From contig JBIOYR010000016.1 in the NCBI GenBank assembly GCA_044870245.1, positions 16,817-80,816 on the forward strand: a DNA stretch of 64,000 nucleotides, given 5' to 3'. Each line of letters starts with the position of its first letter. The first letter of the stretch is position 1. The notes under the pieces were generated by a model, which searched no databases, was not told where the DNA came from, and saw only the letters and a program-made list of their open reading frames with translations. A program made the position numbers and the translations under genes. Positions 38,405 through 48,239 of the stretch are shown here, piece after piece. This stretch comes from Aestuariivirgaceae bacterium (lineage in GTDB: Bacteria; Pseudomonadota; Alphaproteobacteria; Rhizobiales; Aestuariivirgaceae).

Positions 38405-40213
38405 TCACGCGGCCTGGAACTGCAGCCGGGCGAGCCGGCGGTACAAGCCGTCGTCGCTCATCAGGAGGTCGTGGCTGCCCTCGGCAGTGAGGCGGCCATG
38501 GTCGAGCACCAGGATGCGGTCGGCGTCGCGCACTGTCGCCAGGCGGTGGGCGATAACCAGCGTGGTACGACCGCGCATCAGCTTCTCCAATGCCGCCTGG
38601 ACCAGCTTCTCGCTCTCGGCATCGAGGGCGCTCGTCGCCTCGTCGAGCAGCAGCACCGGGGGATCGCGCAGCAGCGCACGGGCGATGGCAATGCGCTGGC
38701 GCTGGCCGCCCGACAGGGTGATGCCGCGTTCGCCGGTCATGGTGGCGAAACCCTGGGACAGTCGCTCGGCAAAATCGCTGACGCGGGCCGCCGCGGCCGC
38801 GTGCAGCACCTCGTCGTCGGTCGCAGCGGGCCGGGCGAAGCGGATGTTGTCAAGGATGGTCGCCGAGAACAGCTGGACATCCTGCGGCACGAGCGCCATG
38901 CGCGAACGGATGTCGGCAGGGCGGGCGTTCCTGACGTCGACCTCATCGATCATGACGGCGCCGTGATCGATGTCATAGAAGCGCAGCAGCAGGTTGAAGA
39001 TGGTGGTCTTGCCAGCGCCGGAAGGACCGACGATGGCCACGCGCTCACCCGGCGCGACGGCGAATGACAGGCCCTTCAAGGCGGAATGGCCGGGTCGGCT
39101 CGGATAGGAAAAATAGACGTCGCGGAAGGCCACTGCGCCGCGCGGCGGCTCGGGAAGCGGCTGCGGATCAACCGGCGCACGGATCGCCGGCTCGGTTGCG
39201 GTCAGCTCGAGCAGGCGCTCGGCCGCTCCGGCCGACAGCTGAACCTCGCCCCACACCTCCGACAGCGAGCCGAGCGCGGAAGCGGCAAGCGCCGCATAAA
39301 TGACGAACTGACTGAGCGTGCCGCCGGTCAACCGCCCGGTCAGGACATCTTGTGCGCCGAGCCAGAGAATGCCGACCACCGCACCGGATGCGATGAAGAT
39401 GATGGCACCGGTCAACAAAGCGCGCGAGAAGGTGCGGCCGCGGGCGGCGCCGAAGGCGCGCTCGGTGGCATCGGCAAACTGCTGACGGAACCGCGGCTCC
39501 TGGCCGGCGGCCTGCACCGCCTGAATGTTGGCGAGCGACTCCTGGGCCAGGGCGGCCGAGCCGGCCAGCGCATCCTGGGCCTCGCGCGACAACCGCCTGA
39601 CCTCGCGACCGAACAGCACCAGCGGCAGCACGATGAGCGGGATGGCGAGGAGCACGAGGCCGGACAGCCTGAGGCTTGTCACCAGCATCATGGCGACGGC
39701 GCCGATCAGCATCAGCGAATTGCGCAGCGCGATCGATGCCGAGGCGCTGAACATCGACTTGATCTGCAGCGTGTCGGCGGTGAGACGCGACATCACCTCG
39801 CCGGTCATGGCGGTGTCGTAGAAGCCGGGGCTGAGCGCCAGCAGATGGGAGAAGACCTTGTCGCGCAGGTCGGCCACGGCACGCTCGCCGAGCCAGCTCA
39901 CGAAATAAAAACGCGAGGCGCTCGCCACCGCCAGCACGGCGACGACGAGGAGCATGACGGCGAAATATTGATCGATGAAGCCGGGATGGGTGTTGGAGAA
40001 GCCGTGATCGATGATGCGCCGGACCGCCACCGGGACCACCAGGGTTGCTGCCGTTGCGACAACCAACGACAGCAGCGCCAGCGCCAGCTGCGCACGGTAG
40101 CGGAATACCAGCGGCAGCAGGGAAGCCAGCGGCTTGAGGTCGCGGGAGCTTGGGCGGCCGGCGGCGGCATTCCGGCCGAAGCCTCCCGACATGGATCGGA
40201 ATCGCCCGGTCAT
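38405..40213 (-). CDS. ABC exporter, fused transmembrane and ATPase domains (MsbA/ABCB-type)
   Basis: Six-TM N-terminal half. GPSGAGKTT, LSGGQRQRIAIARA, LLLDEATSALD. Confidence 0.85.
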   Translation of the reverse strand: MTGRFRSMSGGFGRNAAAGRPSSRDLKPLASLLPLVFRYRAQLALALLSLVVATAATLVVPVAVRRIIDHGFSNTHPGFIDQYFAVMLLVVAVLAVASASRFYFVSWLGERAVADLRDKVFSHLLALSPGFYDTAMTGEVMSRLTADTLQIKSMFSASASIALRNSLMLIGAVAMMLVTSLRLSGLVLLAIPLIVLPLVLFGREVRRLSREAQDALAGSAALAQESLANIQAVQAAGQEPRFRQQFADATERAFGAARGRTFSRALLTGAIIFIASGAVVGILWLGAQDVLTGRLTGGTLSQFVIYAALAASALGSLSEVWGEVQLSAGAAERLLELTATEPAIRAPVDPQPLPEPPRGAVAFRDVYFSYPSRPGHSALKGLSFAVAPGERVAIVGPSGAGKTTIFNLLLRFYDIDHGAVMIDEVDVRNARPADIRSRMALVPQDVQLFSATILDNIRFARPAATDDEVLHAAAAARVSDFAERLSQGFATMTGERGITLSGGQRQRIAIARALLRDPPVLLLDEATSALDAESEKLVQAALEKLMRGRTTLVIAHRLATVRDADRILVLDHGRLTAEGSHDLLMSDDGLYRRLARLQFQAA

Positions 40214-40252
40214 TCCCGTCCTTTAGCGCCGAAAACCCCGCTCCGCCAAGTC

Positions 40253-40280
40253 TTGCACCGGCCGACCAGCTCGGCTATAG
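40253..40280 (+). promoter_or_regulatory. Candidate sigma-70 promoter of rpmE
   Basis: TTGCAC (40253-40258), 16-nt spacer, CTATAG (40275-40280). Close to the alphaproteobacterial TTGACA/CTATAT consensus and about 40 nt upstream of the ATG. Confidence 0.35.
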
Positions 40281-40319
40281 AGCCGCATCCCGAAATGCCG
40301 CCAGTTCGCCGGAGCCGCC

Positions 40320-40583
40320 ATGAAAGGCAATATTCATCCCGAATATCACACCATCAAGGTGGTGATGACCGACGGAACCACCTTCGAGACCCGCTCGACC
40401 TGGGGGAAGGCCGGCGACACGCTTCATCTCGACATCGATTCGAAATCACATCCGGCGTGGACCGGCGGTGACCAGAAGCTGGTCGACCGCGGCGGACGGG
40501 TCAGCAGGTTCAAGAAAAAGTTCGGCTTTCTCGAAAAGAGCGAAGAAAGCGACACGAACGACAAGGTGAAGCGCAAGAGCTAG
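40320..40583 (+). CDS. rpmE: 50S ribosomal protein L31 (with Lys/Glu-rich C-terminal extension)
   Basis: [29 protein letters not shown]...HPAWTG. GGAG lies 6 nt upstream. Confidence 0.92.
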   Translation: MKGNIHPEYHTIKVVMTDGTTFETRSTWGKAGDTLHLDIDSKSHPAWTGGDQKLVDRGGRVSRFKKKFGFLEKSEESDTNDKVKRKS

Positions 40584-40612
40584 AGCGTGCTCCAGGCCCC
40601 TTCGCCGGTCGG

Positions 40613-41140
40613 TCAGCGCGCCTTGGAGAATAGCCGCTGCAGCTGGTCGACCTGACTGGCAACCGGGTTGGCGGTCTCGGCCGCCGGTGTTCGCCCGTCA
40701 ACGATCAGCCGATCAAGTCGCAAGATGCGGAAGTGCAGCTGCAGGCTGCGCTGAACCAGCAGCTGGAGCGCGGCGGGGAGCTGATCGCTGCCATTCAGCG
40801 GCGCGCCAGCGCCGATCTCGCCGAGATTGATGCGGTGCTTCTCGGCTGCCGCCGCCTCGTCGGTCAGCTCACCCTGGCTCACCGCCCGCTGGAGCAGCAG
40901 CCATGAGGCAAGCTGCATCAGCCGCGTGGTGAGGCGCATGCTCTCGGTGGCGTAAGCGATTGCGCCGTGGCGGTCGAGGCAACGGGCGTCCTGACGACCG
41001 GGACCGTCGAGATAGTTGGCGGTCTCCTCGACCAGCGCCATGCCATCGCGGAAGACCTTGTGAAATTGGGGCGACGCGGCGAAGCGCGCCAGAAAATTTA
41101 CCGGCCGCTTCAATGCTGGCCCCTGCCCCACCTCTGACAT
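40613..41140 (-). CDS. rcdA: DUF1465 protein (RcdA-like regulator of CtrA degradation)
   Basis: FRDGMALVEETANYLDGPGR...YATESMRLTTRLMQLASWLLLQRAV is the DUF1465 signature. Confidence 0.75.
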   Translation of the reverse strand: MSEVGQGPALKRPVNFLARFAASPQFHKVFRDGMALVEETANYLDGPGRQDARCLDRHGAIAYATESMRLTTRLMQLASWLLLQRAVSQGELTDEAAAAEKHRINLGEIGAGAPLNGSDQLPAALQLLVQRSLQLHFRILRLDRLIVDGRTPAAETANPVASQVDQLQRLFSKAR

Positions 41141-41266
41141 ACGCTACCTCTCACCCCGGACCGTGCTTGCGGCCTGCCCTGCCTGGACTTCATGATGAAC
41201 ACAGCCCTGACGGTGGTCAATATGACACGTCGGATCGGTTCGGCCTGTCGAGGTGCAAGAAGGCTG

Positions 41267-41296
41267 CCAAAAAAGAGAGCCGCACGCGCGGCTCTG
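41267..41296 (-). terminator. Rho-independent terminator after the DUF1192 gene
   Basis: GAGCCGC-ACGC-GCGGCTC stem. On the minus strand it is followed by CTTTTTTGG. Confidence 0.55.
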
Positions 41297-41416
41297 GAGT
41301 CTAACAGGGAGGCGTCAAACAGAGTGGACAGGAGCCACTCGCGAATCCAGACGACTGGATACGGTTACCAAATTATTCGCCACCTCTTACCAAAAGGTTA
41401 ACGATTCTTACCAAGG

Positions 41417-41605
41417 TCACAGTTTGAACACGGAATCTGCCGCCGAGCGACTTGCTCGCTTCGCGGAGATGGCAGCTTCGAGGCGCGTGATCTCTTGACG
41501 GAGCACGCCGATCCGCCATTCGAGCTCTTCGACGGAAAGCAGGGCGAGGTCGTCCCCGATCGGTACTTCGGGTTTTTTCGCCGGCCTCTCGTCGTCGCGA
41601 TCCAT
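41417..41605 (-). CDS. DUF1192 protein
   Basis: 62 aa. LALLSVEELEWRIGVLRQEITRLEAAISAKRASRSAADSVFK matches the DUF1192 pattern. Usual partner of DUF1465. Confidence 0.7.
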   Translation of the reverse strand: MDRDDERPAKKPEVPIGDDLALLSVEELEWRIGVLRQEITRLEAAISAKRASRSAADSVFKL

Positions 41606-41707
41606 CGCCCATCCTCGTCATTGCGTTCTGCTGCTGGCGTCATTGCCAACACTGCGCCCACCCGGCTAGACCATCAAGCCTAATCCGTGACGACAAGGTA
41701 GACCGCA

Positions 41708-42709
41708 ATGACGAGCTCAATCCCCGAGACCATGACGGCGATCGCCATCACCGAGCCGGGCGGCCCGGACGTGCTGGTCGCAACCGATCTGCCGGTGCCG
41801 ACGCCGGGCGAACGCGAGATCCTGGTCCATGTCGAGGCGGCCGGCATCAATCGTCCGGATGTGCTCCAGCGCAAGGGCGGCTATCCGCCGCCGCCCGGAG
41901 CTCCGGCAACCCCGGGCCTCGAGATCGCCGGCTGGGTGGCGCAGGTCGGTTCCGGGGTCAGGCGCTACCATCCGGGCGATTGGGTATGCGCCCTCGTCGC
42001 GGGCGGCGGCTATGCCGAATATTGCGTCGTCCATGAGGACAATGCGCTGCCGGTGCCGCAGGGCCTGTCGGCGGTCGAGGCGGCCGGAATCCCCGAAACG
42101 TTCTTCACGGTCTGGACCAATGTGTTCGAGCGCGGGCGGCTCAAGGCCGGCGAGATCTTTCTCGTCCATGGCGGGTCGTCCGGCATCGGCACGACAGCAA
42201 TTCAGATGGCGCGCGCCAAGGGAGCGCGGGTGTTCGCCACGGCAGGATCGGCCGAGAAGTGCCGGGTCTGCGAGGCGCTCGGCGCCGAACGGGCGATCAA
42301 CTATCGCGAGGAGGATTTCGTCGAAATCGTCAAGGAGGCGACCAATGGCAAGGGCGCCGACGTCATTCTCGACATGGTCGGCGGCGGGTACATCCAGCGC
42401 AACATCGCGGTCGCCGCCCGCGACGGCCGCATTATCAACATTGCCTTTCTCGAGGGCTCCAGAATCGAGGTCGACCTCCTGCCAATGATGATGAAGCGGC
42501 TGACGCTCACCGGCTCGACCTTGCGCATCCGCAGCGTCGCCGAGAAAGCAGAAATCGCCCGCGCGCTCGAGGAAAAGATCTGGCCTTTGATCGAAAGCGG
42601 CACGATCAAGCCGGAGATCTATCGGACGTTTCCAATGCGGGAGGCGGCCGCCGCCCATGCGTTGATGGAAAGCAACGCCCATATCGGCAAGATCGTGCTC
42701 ACCACCTGA
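41708..42709 (+). CDS. NAD(P)H:quinone oxidoreductase (MDR/zeta-crystallin, PIG3 type)
   Basis: VHVEAAGINRPDVLQRKGGYPPPPGA...PGLEIAG and VHGGSSGIGTTAIQ. Confidence 0.85.
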   Translation: MTSSIPETMTAIAITEPGGPDVLVATDLPVPTPGEREILVHVEAAGINRPDVLQRKGGYPPPPGAPATPGLEIAGWVAQVGSGVRRYHPGDWVCALVAGGGYAEYCVVHEDNALPVPQGLSAVEAAGIPETFFTVWTNVFERGRLKAGEIFLVHGGSSGIGTTAIQMARAKGARVFATAGSAEKCRVCEALGAERAINYREEDFVEIVKEATNGKGADVILDMVGGGYIQRNIAVAARDGRIINIAFLEGSRIEVDLLPMMMKRLTLTGSTLRIRSVAEKAEIARALEEKIWPLIESGTIKPEIYRTFPMREAAAAHALMESNAHIGKIVLTT

Positions 42710-42809
42710 TAGCGATTGAACCCGGCGGCGCTTGCGCCTATATCCTACGCCTATCCCATCAATAACCACGTAATGCCGTCGGAACCTGAGGTTCTGAAGG
42801 AGTGAAAGC

Positions 42810-43526
42810 ATGTCCAACGCCCCATTGATGCCCAAGGCGACCGCCGTCTGGCTGGTCGAGAACACCGGATTGAGCTTTCGGCAAATCGCCGATTTCTGCC
42901 ATCTCCACGAGCTCGAAGTGAAAGGCATCGCCGATGGCGACGTGGCCCAGGGAATCAAGGGCCTCGATCCAGTGACCTCAGGTCAGCTCAATCGCGACGA
43001 AATCGCCAAGGGCGAGGCGGATCCTGCCTATCGGCTCAAGCTCCATGAGTCGAAAGTGTCGATTCCGACACCGAAAAGCCGGCGGGGGCCACGCTATACG
43101 CCGGTATCGCGACGTCAGGACCGGCCGGATGCGATCGCCTGGCTCCTGCGCAACCATCCGGAGCTGCCAGATGCGGCGATCATGAAGCTCGTCGGAACGA
43201 CCAAGCCGACCATCCAGTCGATCCGCGACAGGACCCATTGGAACTCGGTCAACATCAAGCCGGTCGACCCGGTGACACTCGGCCTGTGCACGCAGCTCGA
43301 GCTCGATCTCGCGGTGCGCCGGGCAGCCCGAAAATCGGGTAGCGCCACCGTCGAGTCAGGTGCCACCAACACGCTGCTGCCCGCCGCCGAGGCCCTGCGC
43401 GAGCCGGAGGCGCCGACGCCCGCGGAGGAAAGCAGCGAGCGGGGCGGCAGCGAGCGGGACTATGATCCGGAGTCGGTGTTTGCGCGATTGAAGCCACTGA
43501 AACCCGAGAGCGAGGAGGATTCCTGA
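42810..43526 (+). CDS. trcR: DUF1013 protein (TrcR-like cell-cycle transcriptional regulator)
   Basis: PLMPKATAVWLVENTGLSFRQIADFCHLHELEVKGIADGDVAQGIKG...RQDRPDAIAWLLRNHPEL...TKPTIQSIRDRTHWN. Confidence 0.75.
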   Translation: MSNAPLMPKATAVWLVENTGLSFRQIADFCHLHELEVKGIADGDVAQGIKGLDPVTSGQLNRDEIAKGEADPAYRLKLHESKVSIPTPKSRRGPRYTPVSRRQDRPDAIAWLLRNHPELPDAAIMKLVGTTKPTIQSIRDRTHWNSVNIKPVDPVTLGLCTQLELDLAVRRAARKSGSATVESGATNTLLPAAEALREPEAPTPAEESSERGGSERDYDPESVFARLKPLKPESEEDS

Positions 43527-44125
43527 TGCGCATTCTCATCGTCGGCGCCGAGGGGACCATCGGCCGGGCCGTCACGGCAGCGCTGAGCGGCCGCCACGAG
43601 ATCATCAAGGCGGGACGGAAGAGCGGCGATGTCCATGTGGATATCGGCGATCGCCGATCGATCGATGCGCTCTATGCCAAGATCGGCAAGGTCGATGCGG
43701 TGGTGTCGGCGGCCGGCCACGTCCATTTCGGGCCGCTCAGCGACATGAGCCATGACCAGTTCATGTCGGGTCTCACCAACAAGCTGATGGGCCAGGTCGA
43801 CCTGGTGCTCGCCGGCATCCCTCATGTCAACGACAATGGGTCATTCACCTTGACAAGCGGCATTCTCGATCGCGACCCGATCCGGGCCGGGGCCAATGCC
43901 GCGACGGTGAATGCAGCGCTTGCGGGATTTGCGCTCAGCGCGGCGATCGAGCTGCCGCGGGGCTTGCGGATCAATGTCGTGAGCCCGGCGCTGCTCGACG
44001 AGTCGGCGGAGAAGCTCGGCTCATGGTTCCCGGGACATGAAACGGTGCCGGCGGCACGGGCCGCCAAAGGTTATGTGAAGAGCGTCGAAGGCGGGCTTAC
44101 CGGCAAGGTGATTGCGGTGGGGTGA
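43526..44125 (+). CDS. Short-chain dehydrogenase/reductase (short, atypical SDR)
   Basis: MRILIVGAEGTIGRAV Rossmann start. 199 aa. TGATG overlap with trcR. Confidence 0.7.
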   Translation: MRILIVGAEGTIGRAVTAALSGRHEIIKAGRKSGDVHVDIGDRRSIDALYAKIGKVDAVVSAAGHVHFGPLSDMSHDQFMSGLTNKLMGQVDLVLAGIPHVNDNGSFTLTSGILDRDPIRAGANAATVNAALAGFALSAAIELPRGLRINVVSPALLDESAEKLGSWFPGHETVPAARAAKGYVKSVEGGLTGKVIAVG

Positions 44126-44129
44126 GTTG

Positions 44130-44192
44130 AGGCAGTCGGCATTGGGCAGTAGGCCGTGAGCAGTGCTCTCCCCTACTGCCTACTGCCTACTT
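44130..44192. repeat. Palindromic intergenic element built from tandem heptamers (copy 2)
   Basis: AGGCAGT CGGCATT GGGCAGT AGGCCGT GAGCAGT, spacer GCTCTCC, inverted CCTACTG CCTACTG CCTACTT. Lies between two convergent SDR genes. Confidence 0.8.
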
Positions 44193-44978
44193 CTTCACCG
44201 GCACCGTGTAATTCAGCGGCAGCCGGCCGCCATCGGCATAGATGGTCTGGCCGGTGATGTAGCTCGCATCGTCGGACGCAAGGAATGCAGCGACCGCGGC
44301 GATCTCCTCCGGCTCGCCGATGCGCCCGAGCGGTGTCCGCGACAGGATCCTGGCGCGTGCCGCCTCGTCGGTCATAACGGTCCCGAGGATGCGCGTGTTG
44401 ATCGAACCGGGACCGATGGCGTTCACCCTGATGCCATATTCGGCGAGCGACAGCGCCATCACCTTGGTGAGCTGATTGAGGCCGCCCTTGGACACCGAAT
44501 AGGGGACCTGGTTGGCAATGGCGAAGACGGCGTTGACCGAGGACATGTTGATGACGCTGCCCGGCCGGCGCCCTGCCTTCACCTGTGCGACCATCTGCCG
44601 GGCAGCCGCCTGGGCCATCAGGAAGGCGCCCCGGAGATTGACGCTGAGCACGGCATCGAAATCGGCCTCGGAGATCTCGAGGAAGTCGATGCCTTTGATG
44701 ATGGCTGCGTTGTTGACGAGGATGTCGACCGCGCCGAAGGCATCGACGGTGCGCTCGACAGTGGCCCTCACATCTGCGCTCTTGGCGACATCGCATTGGA
44801 GGAACACCGCCTCGTGACCGGCATCGCGCAGCCCATTGGCCACTGCTTGGCCCTCGGCGCCGGTGATATCGGCGACCGCCACCTGGGCGCCATCGCGAGC
44901 GAAGCGCTCGGCACAGGCGCGGCCAATGCCGTTGCCGCCACCGGTGATCAATGCAACGCGGCCTTCAAGCGATGTCAT
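44187..44978 (-). CDS. SDR-family oxidoreductase (classical, 3-oxoacyl-ACP reductase-like)
   Basis: Start MTSLEGRVALITGGGNGIGRA (residue 11 of the ORF). NNAA, and a SKGG region (Tyr-x3-Lys variant). Confidence 0.85.
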   Translation of the reverse strand: MTSLEGRVALITGGGNGIGRACAERFARDGAQVAVADITGAEGQAVANGLRDAGHEAVFLQCDVAKSADVRATVERTVDAFGAVDILVNNAAIIKGIDFLEISEADFDAVLSVNLRGAFLMAQAAARQMVAQVKAGRRPGSVINMSSVNAVFAIANQVPYSVSKGGLNQLTKVMALSLAEYGIRVNAIGPGSINTRILGTVMTDEAARARILSRTPLGRIGEPEEIAAVAAFLASDDASYITGQTIYADGGRLPLNYTVPVKK

Positions 44979-45004
44979 GTCGTACTCCTTATCATTCTTG
45001 CAAC

Positions 45005-46909
45005 TCATCTCCGTATTATGCCGCGGGCGAGCATGGCTTCAGAGATTTCATCCAGGATAGCGGGGTCGTCGATGGTCGCCGGCAGCTTCCACGGCTCGCA
45101 ATCGGCCATACGGCGCATGGTTCCGCGGAGGATCTTGCCGGACCGGGTCTTGGGCAGCCGCTTGATGGTGATCACCGTCTTGAGCGCGGCGACGGCGCCG
45201 ATCGCCTCGCGCACCCGCTGAACGCATTCAGCCTCGATCGCGCCGCTGTCGCGGGCGACGCCGGCCTTGAGCACGACAAGCCCGAGCGGCACCTGGCCCT
45301 TGATCGCATCGCCGACGCCGAGCACGGCACATTCGGCGACATCGGGATGGGAGGCGAGCACCTCCTCCATGGCGCCCGTCGAGAGGCGGTGGCCGGCGAC
45401 ATTGATGATGTCGTCGGTGCGCGCCATGACGAAGAGGTAACCATCTTCGTCGCGATAGCCGGCATCGGCGGTCTCGTAATAGCCGGGAAAACGCGACAGG
45501 TAGCTCTGGCGGAAGCGTTCGTCGGCGTGCCACAGAGTGGGCAGGCAGCCGGGCGGCAGCGGCAGCTTCACGACGATGGCGCCGAGCGTGCCGGGTGCCG
45601 TCGGGCGGCCGTCGTTGTCGAGAATGGCGATGTCATAGCCGGGCATCGGCACGCTCACCGAGCCATATTTGACCGGCAGCATGCCGAGCCCGACCGGATT
45701 GGCCGCCATCGCCCAGCCGCTCTCGGTCTGCCACCAATGGTCGATCACCGGCACCTTGAGCATCGCCTCGGCCCATTTGATGGTGTCGGTGTCGGCACGC
45801 TCGCCGGCGAGAAACAGGGTGCGGAATTGCGGCATCCGGTAGCGGGCAATCGCGGCGCCCTGCGGGTCCTCACGCTTGATGGCGCGAAAGGCGGTCGGCG
45901 CGGTGAACAGGGCGACGACACCATGCTCGGCGATGACACGCCAGAAGGCGCCGGCATCGGGCGTGCCCACTGGCTTGCCCTCATAGAGCACGCTCGCCGC
46001 GCCGGCGATCAGGGGCGCATAGACGATGTAGCTGTGGCCGACCACCCAGCCGATGTCGGAGGCGGCCCAGAAGGTCTCGCCCGGGGCGATGGCATAGATG
46101 TTGGTCATGGTCCAGGCGAGGGCCACCAGGTGGCCGCCATTGTCGCGGACGATGCCTTTGGGCTGGCCGGTGGTTCCCGAGGTGTAGATGATATAAAGCG
46201 GATCAGTGGCGTCGACCGGGACACACGGCTCCTTGCGGCCACGGCGCCGAGCGGCGGCCACGAGGCCGGCAAGGTCATGATCGCGGCCCGGCACGAGCGG
46301 TGCCTCGAGCTCCGGGCGTTGCAGGACGATCACCGATGAGACCGACGCCTCGGCCTGTGCAAGTGCCTGGTCGAGCAGCGGCTTGTAGGCGATCACCCGC
46401 TGCGCCTCGATGCCACAGGAGGCGGTGACGATGATCTTGGGCCTGGCGTCGTTGATGCGGGTCATCAGCTCGGTTGCGGCAAAACCGCCGAACACCACCG
46501 AATGAATGGCGCCGAGCCGCGCCACGGCCAGCATGGCGATCACCGCCTCCGGCACCATCGGCATGTAGATCAGGACGCGGTCGCCCTTGGCGGTGCCAAG
46601 ATCGGCAAGAACGGCAGCGAAAGTCTCGACCTCGTCGAGCAGCGCGCGGTAGTTGTAGCGGCGCTTGCCGCCGGTGACCGGGGAGTCGTAGATCAGCGCG
46701 ATCCGATCGCCATGACCTGCCGCGACGTGGCGATCGAGACAATTCCAGGCGGTGTTGCACTGGGCACCGGCAAACCAGCGGTCGAGGCCATCGCGGCGGG
46801 TCAGCACCGCATCCCATGGCTTGAACCAGTCGATGGCAGACGCCGCCTCGGCCCAGAACGCTTCAGGGTCGCGCTGCCACGCGGCGTAGACGTCATGATA
46901 TCGGCTCAT
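45005..46909 (-). CDS. prpE: Propionate--CoA ligase / acetyl-CoA synthetase-like enzyme
   Basis: 634 aa. N-terminal Y...W....PE.FW motif, YTSGTTGQPKG AMP-binding motif, C-terminal LPKTRSGKILR. Confidence 0.75.
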   Translation of the reverse strand: MSRYHDVYAAWQRDPEAFWAEAASAIDWFKPWDAVLTRRDGLDRWFAGAQCNTAWNCLDRHVAAGHGDRIALIYDSPVTGGKRRYNYRALLDEVETFAAVLADLGTAKGDRVLIYMPMVPEAVIAMLAVARLGAIHSVVFGGFAATELMTRINDARPKIIVTASCGIEAQRVIAYKPLLDQALAQAEASVSSVIVLQRPELEAPLVPGRDHDLAGLVAAARRRGRKEPCVPVDATDPLYIIYTSGTTGQPKGIVRDNGGHLVALAWTMTNIYAIAPGETFWAASDIGWVVGHSYIVYAPLIAGAASVLYEGKPVGTPDAGAFWRVIAEHGVVALFTAPTAFRAIKREDPQGAAIARYRMPQFRTLFLAGERADTDTIKWAEAMLKVPVIDHWWQTESGWAMAANPVGLGMLPVKYGSVSVPMPGYDIAILDNDGRPTAPGTLGAIVVKLPLPPGCLPTLWHADERFRQSYLSRFPGYYETADAGYRDEDGYLFVMARTDDIINVAGHRLSTGAMEEVLASHPDVAECAVLGVGDAIKGQVPLGLVVLKAGVARDSGAIEAECVQRVREAIGAVAALKTVITIKRLPKTRSGKILRGTMRRMADCEPWKLPATIDDPAILDEISEAMLARGIIRR

Positions 46910-47019
46910 TGTCGCAGCTTTCGCTCTTTACCTCATTGTTGGCACGGACGGTCGCCTGCGGGCAACTTCCGCGACAGCCATGGTTGTGCGCGGGGGGTCA
47001 TAGGATTAAGGGTATCGGA

Positions 47020-48237
47020 ATGGTCACCCTGTCCCATCCCGGCCGCGAGCACCGGGTCGACTTTCTGCGCGGCGTCGCGCTCCTGATCATCTTCGTCAAT
47101 CACATTCCCGGCAATGCGCTGTCGCATCTCACGCCGGTCAATTACGGCTTCTCCGATGCCGCGGAGATTTTCGTCACGCTCGCCGGGTTCGCGGCGGCGC
47201 AGGCCTATTTTCCGGCATTCGCCAAGGGCGAGCGGTTCGCGGCGACCTTGAAGAGCTGGCGACGCGCCTGGCTTCTTTACCTCTGCCATATCGCCTCGAC
47301 GATCGCCTGCGTCGCGATCCTCGCCGCCGCGGCGATCATGTTCGCCAAGCCCGGTTATCTCGCCGACACGATCGAGCCGCTCTATATCGATATCGCGCCG
47401 CTGTTCGCCGAGCCGGCACGCGGCTATATCGGCATCGCAACACTCGGTCATCAGCTCGGTTATTTCAACATCCTGCCGATGTACATGGTGCTGCTGTTCG
47501 CCATGCCGGCGATCATGGCGCTGGCGCTCAACGGCATGGTGCCGCTGCTCACCGCCTCGGTCGCGCTGTGGATCGCCGCCGGCACCTTCGCCATCGACTT
47601 TCCCAATTATCCGACACATGGCGGCTGGTACTTCAATCCCTTCGCCTGGCAGATCCTGCTGGTGGGCGGCTTCGCTCTTGGCATGGCATGGCGCCAGCAG
47701 CTCAGCGTCAAGCTGCCGGCCTGGCTGGTGGCGATTGCGGTCGGCTATGTCATCCTGGCCGCCATCGTCAGGACGCAGGAGCTTTGGGCCTATTTCCCGG
47801 CGCTGCCGCTACCGCCGCTCATTTGGGGGTTCGAGAAGGGTTATGTGGCATTGCCGCGGCTCCTGCATGGGATGGCGCTCCTCGTCATCCTGATGGGCAC
47901 GCCGCTGTGGGCGCTCCTCGAGAGGATCCCGCCGGGCTCGCCATTCCATGCCATGGGCCGCAATGCATTGGCGGTGTTCTGCTGGGGATCGATCCTGTGC
48001 GTCGTTGCAACCGTCGCCCGCTTCGAGATCGGCGGCGGCATCATCCTCGACCTCGTCATCGTGGCGGCGCATTTCGTGATCATCGCCAGTTTCGCCATGG
48101 TCCTTGACCGCGTCCGTCACGTCCGATCGCCGAAGAGCATCGAGCCGATGGGGACGAAAAAAGACGATAGCAGCATGCTGCAGCGCGACCAGATGTCGAA
48201 AAATGCGCTTCGGGAACTTCGCATCAGGGGAGGATAA
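47020..48237 (+). CDS. opgC: OpgC-family membrane acyltransferase-like protein
   Basis: Start MVTLSHPGREHRVDFLRGVALLIIFVNHIPGN...GFSDAAEIFV. About 10 TM segments. The upstream 37 codons of the ORF are not needed. Confidence 0.7.
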   Translation: MVTLSHPGREHRVDFLRGVALLIIFVNHIPGNALSHLTPVNYGFSDAAEIFVTLAGFAAAQAYFPAFAKGERFAATLKSWRRAWLLYLCHIASTIACVAILAAAAIMFAKPGYLADTIEPLYIDIAPLFAEPARGYIGIATLGHQLGYFNILPMYMVLLFAMPAIMALALNGMVPLLTASVALWIAAGTFAIDFPNYPTHGGWYFNPFAWQILLVGGFALGMAWRQQLSVKLPAWLVAIAVGYVILAAIVRTQELWAYFPALPLPPLIWGFEKGYVALPRLLHGMALLVILMGTPLWALLERIPPGSPFHAMGRNALAVFCWGSILCVVATVARFEIGGGIILDLVIVAAHFVIIASFAMVLDRVRHVRSPKSIEPMGTKKDDSSMLQRDQMSKNALRELRIRGG

Positions 48238-48239
48238 TC

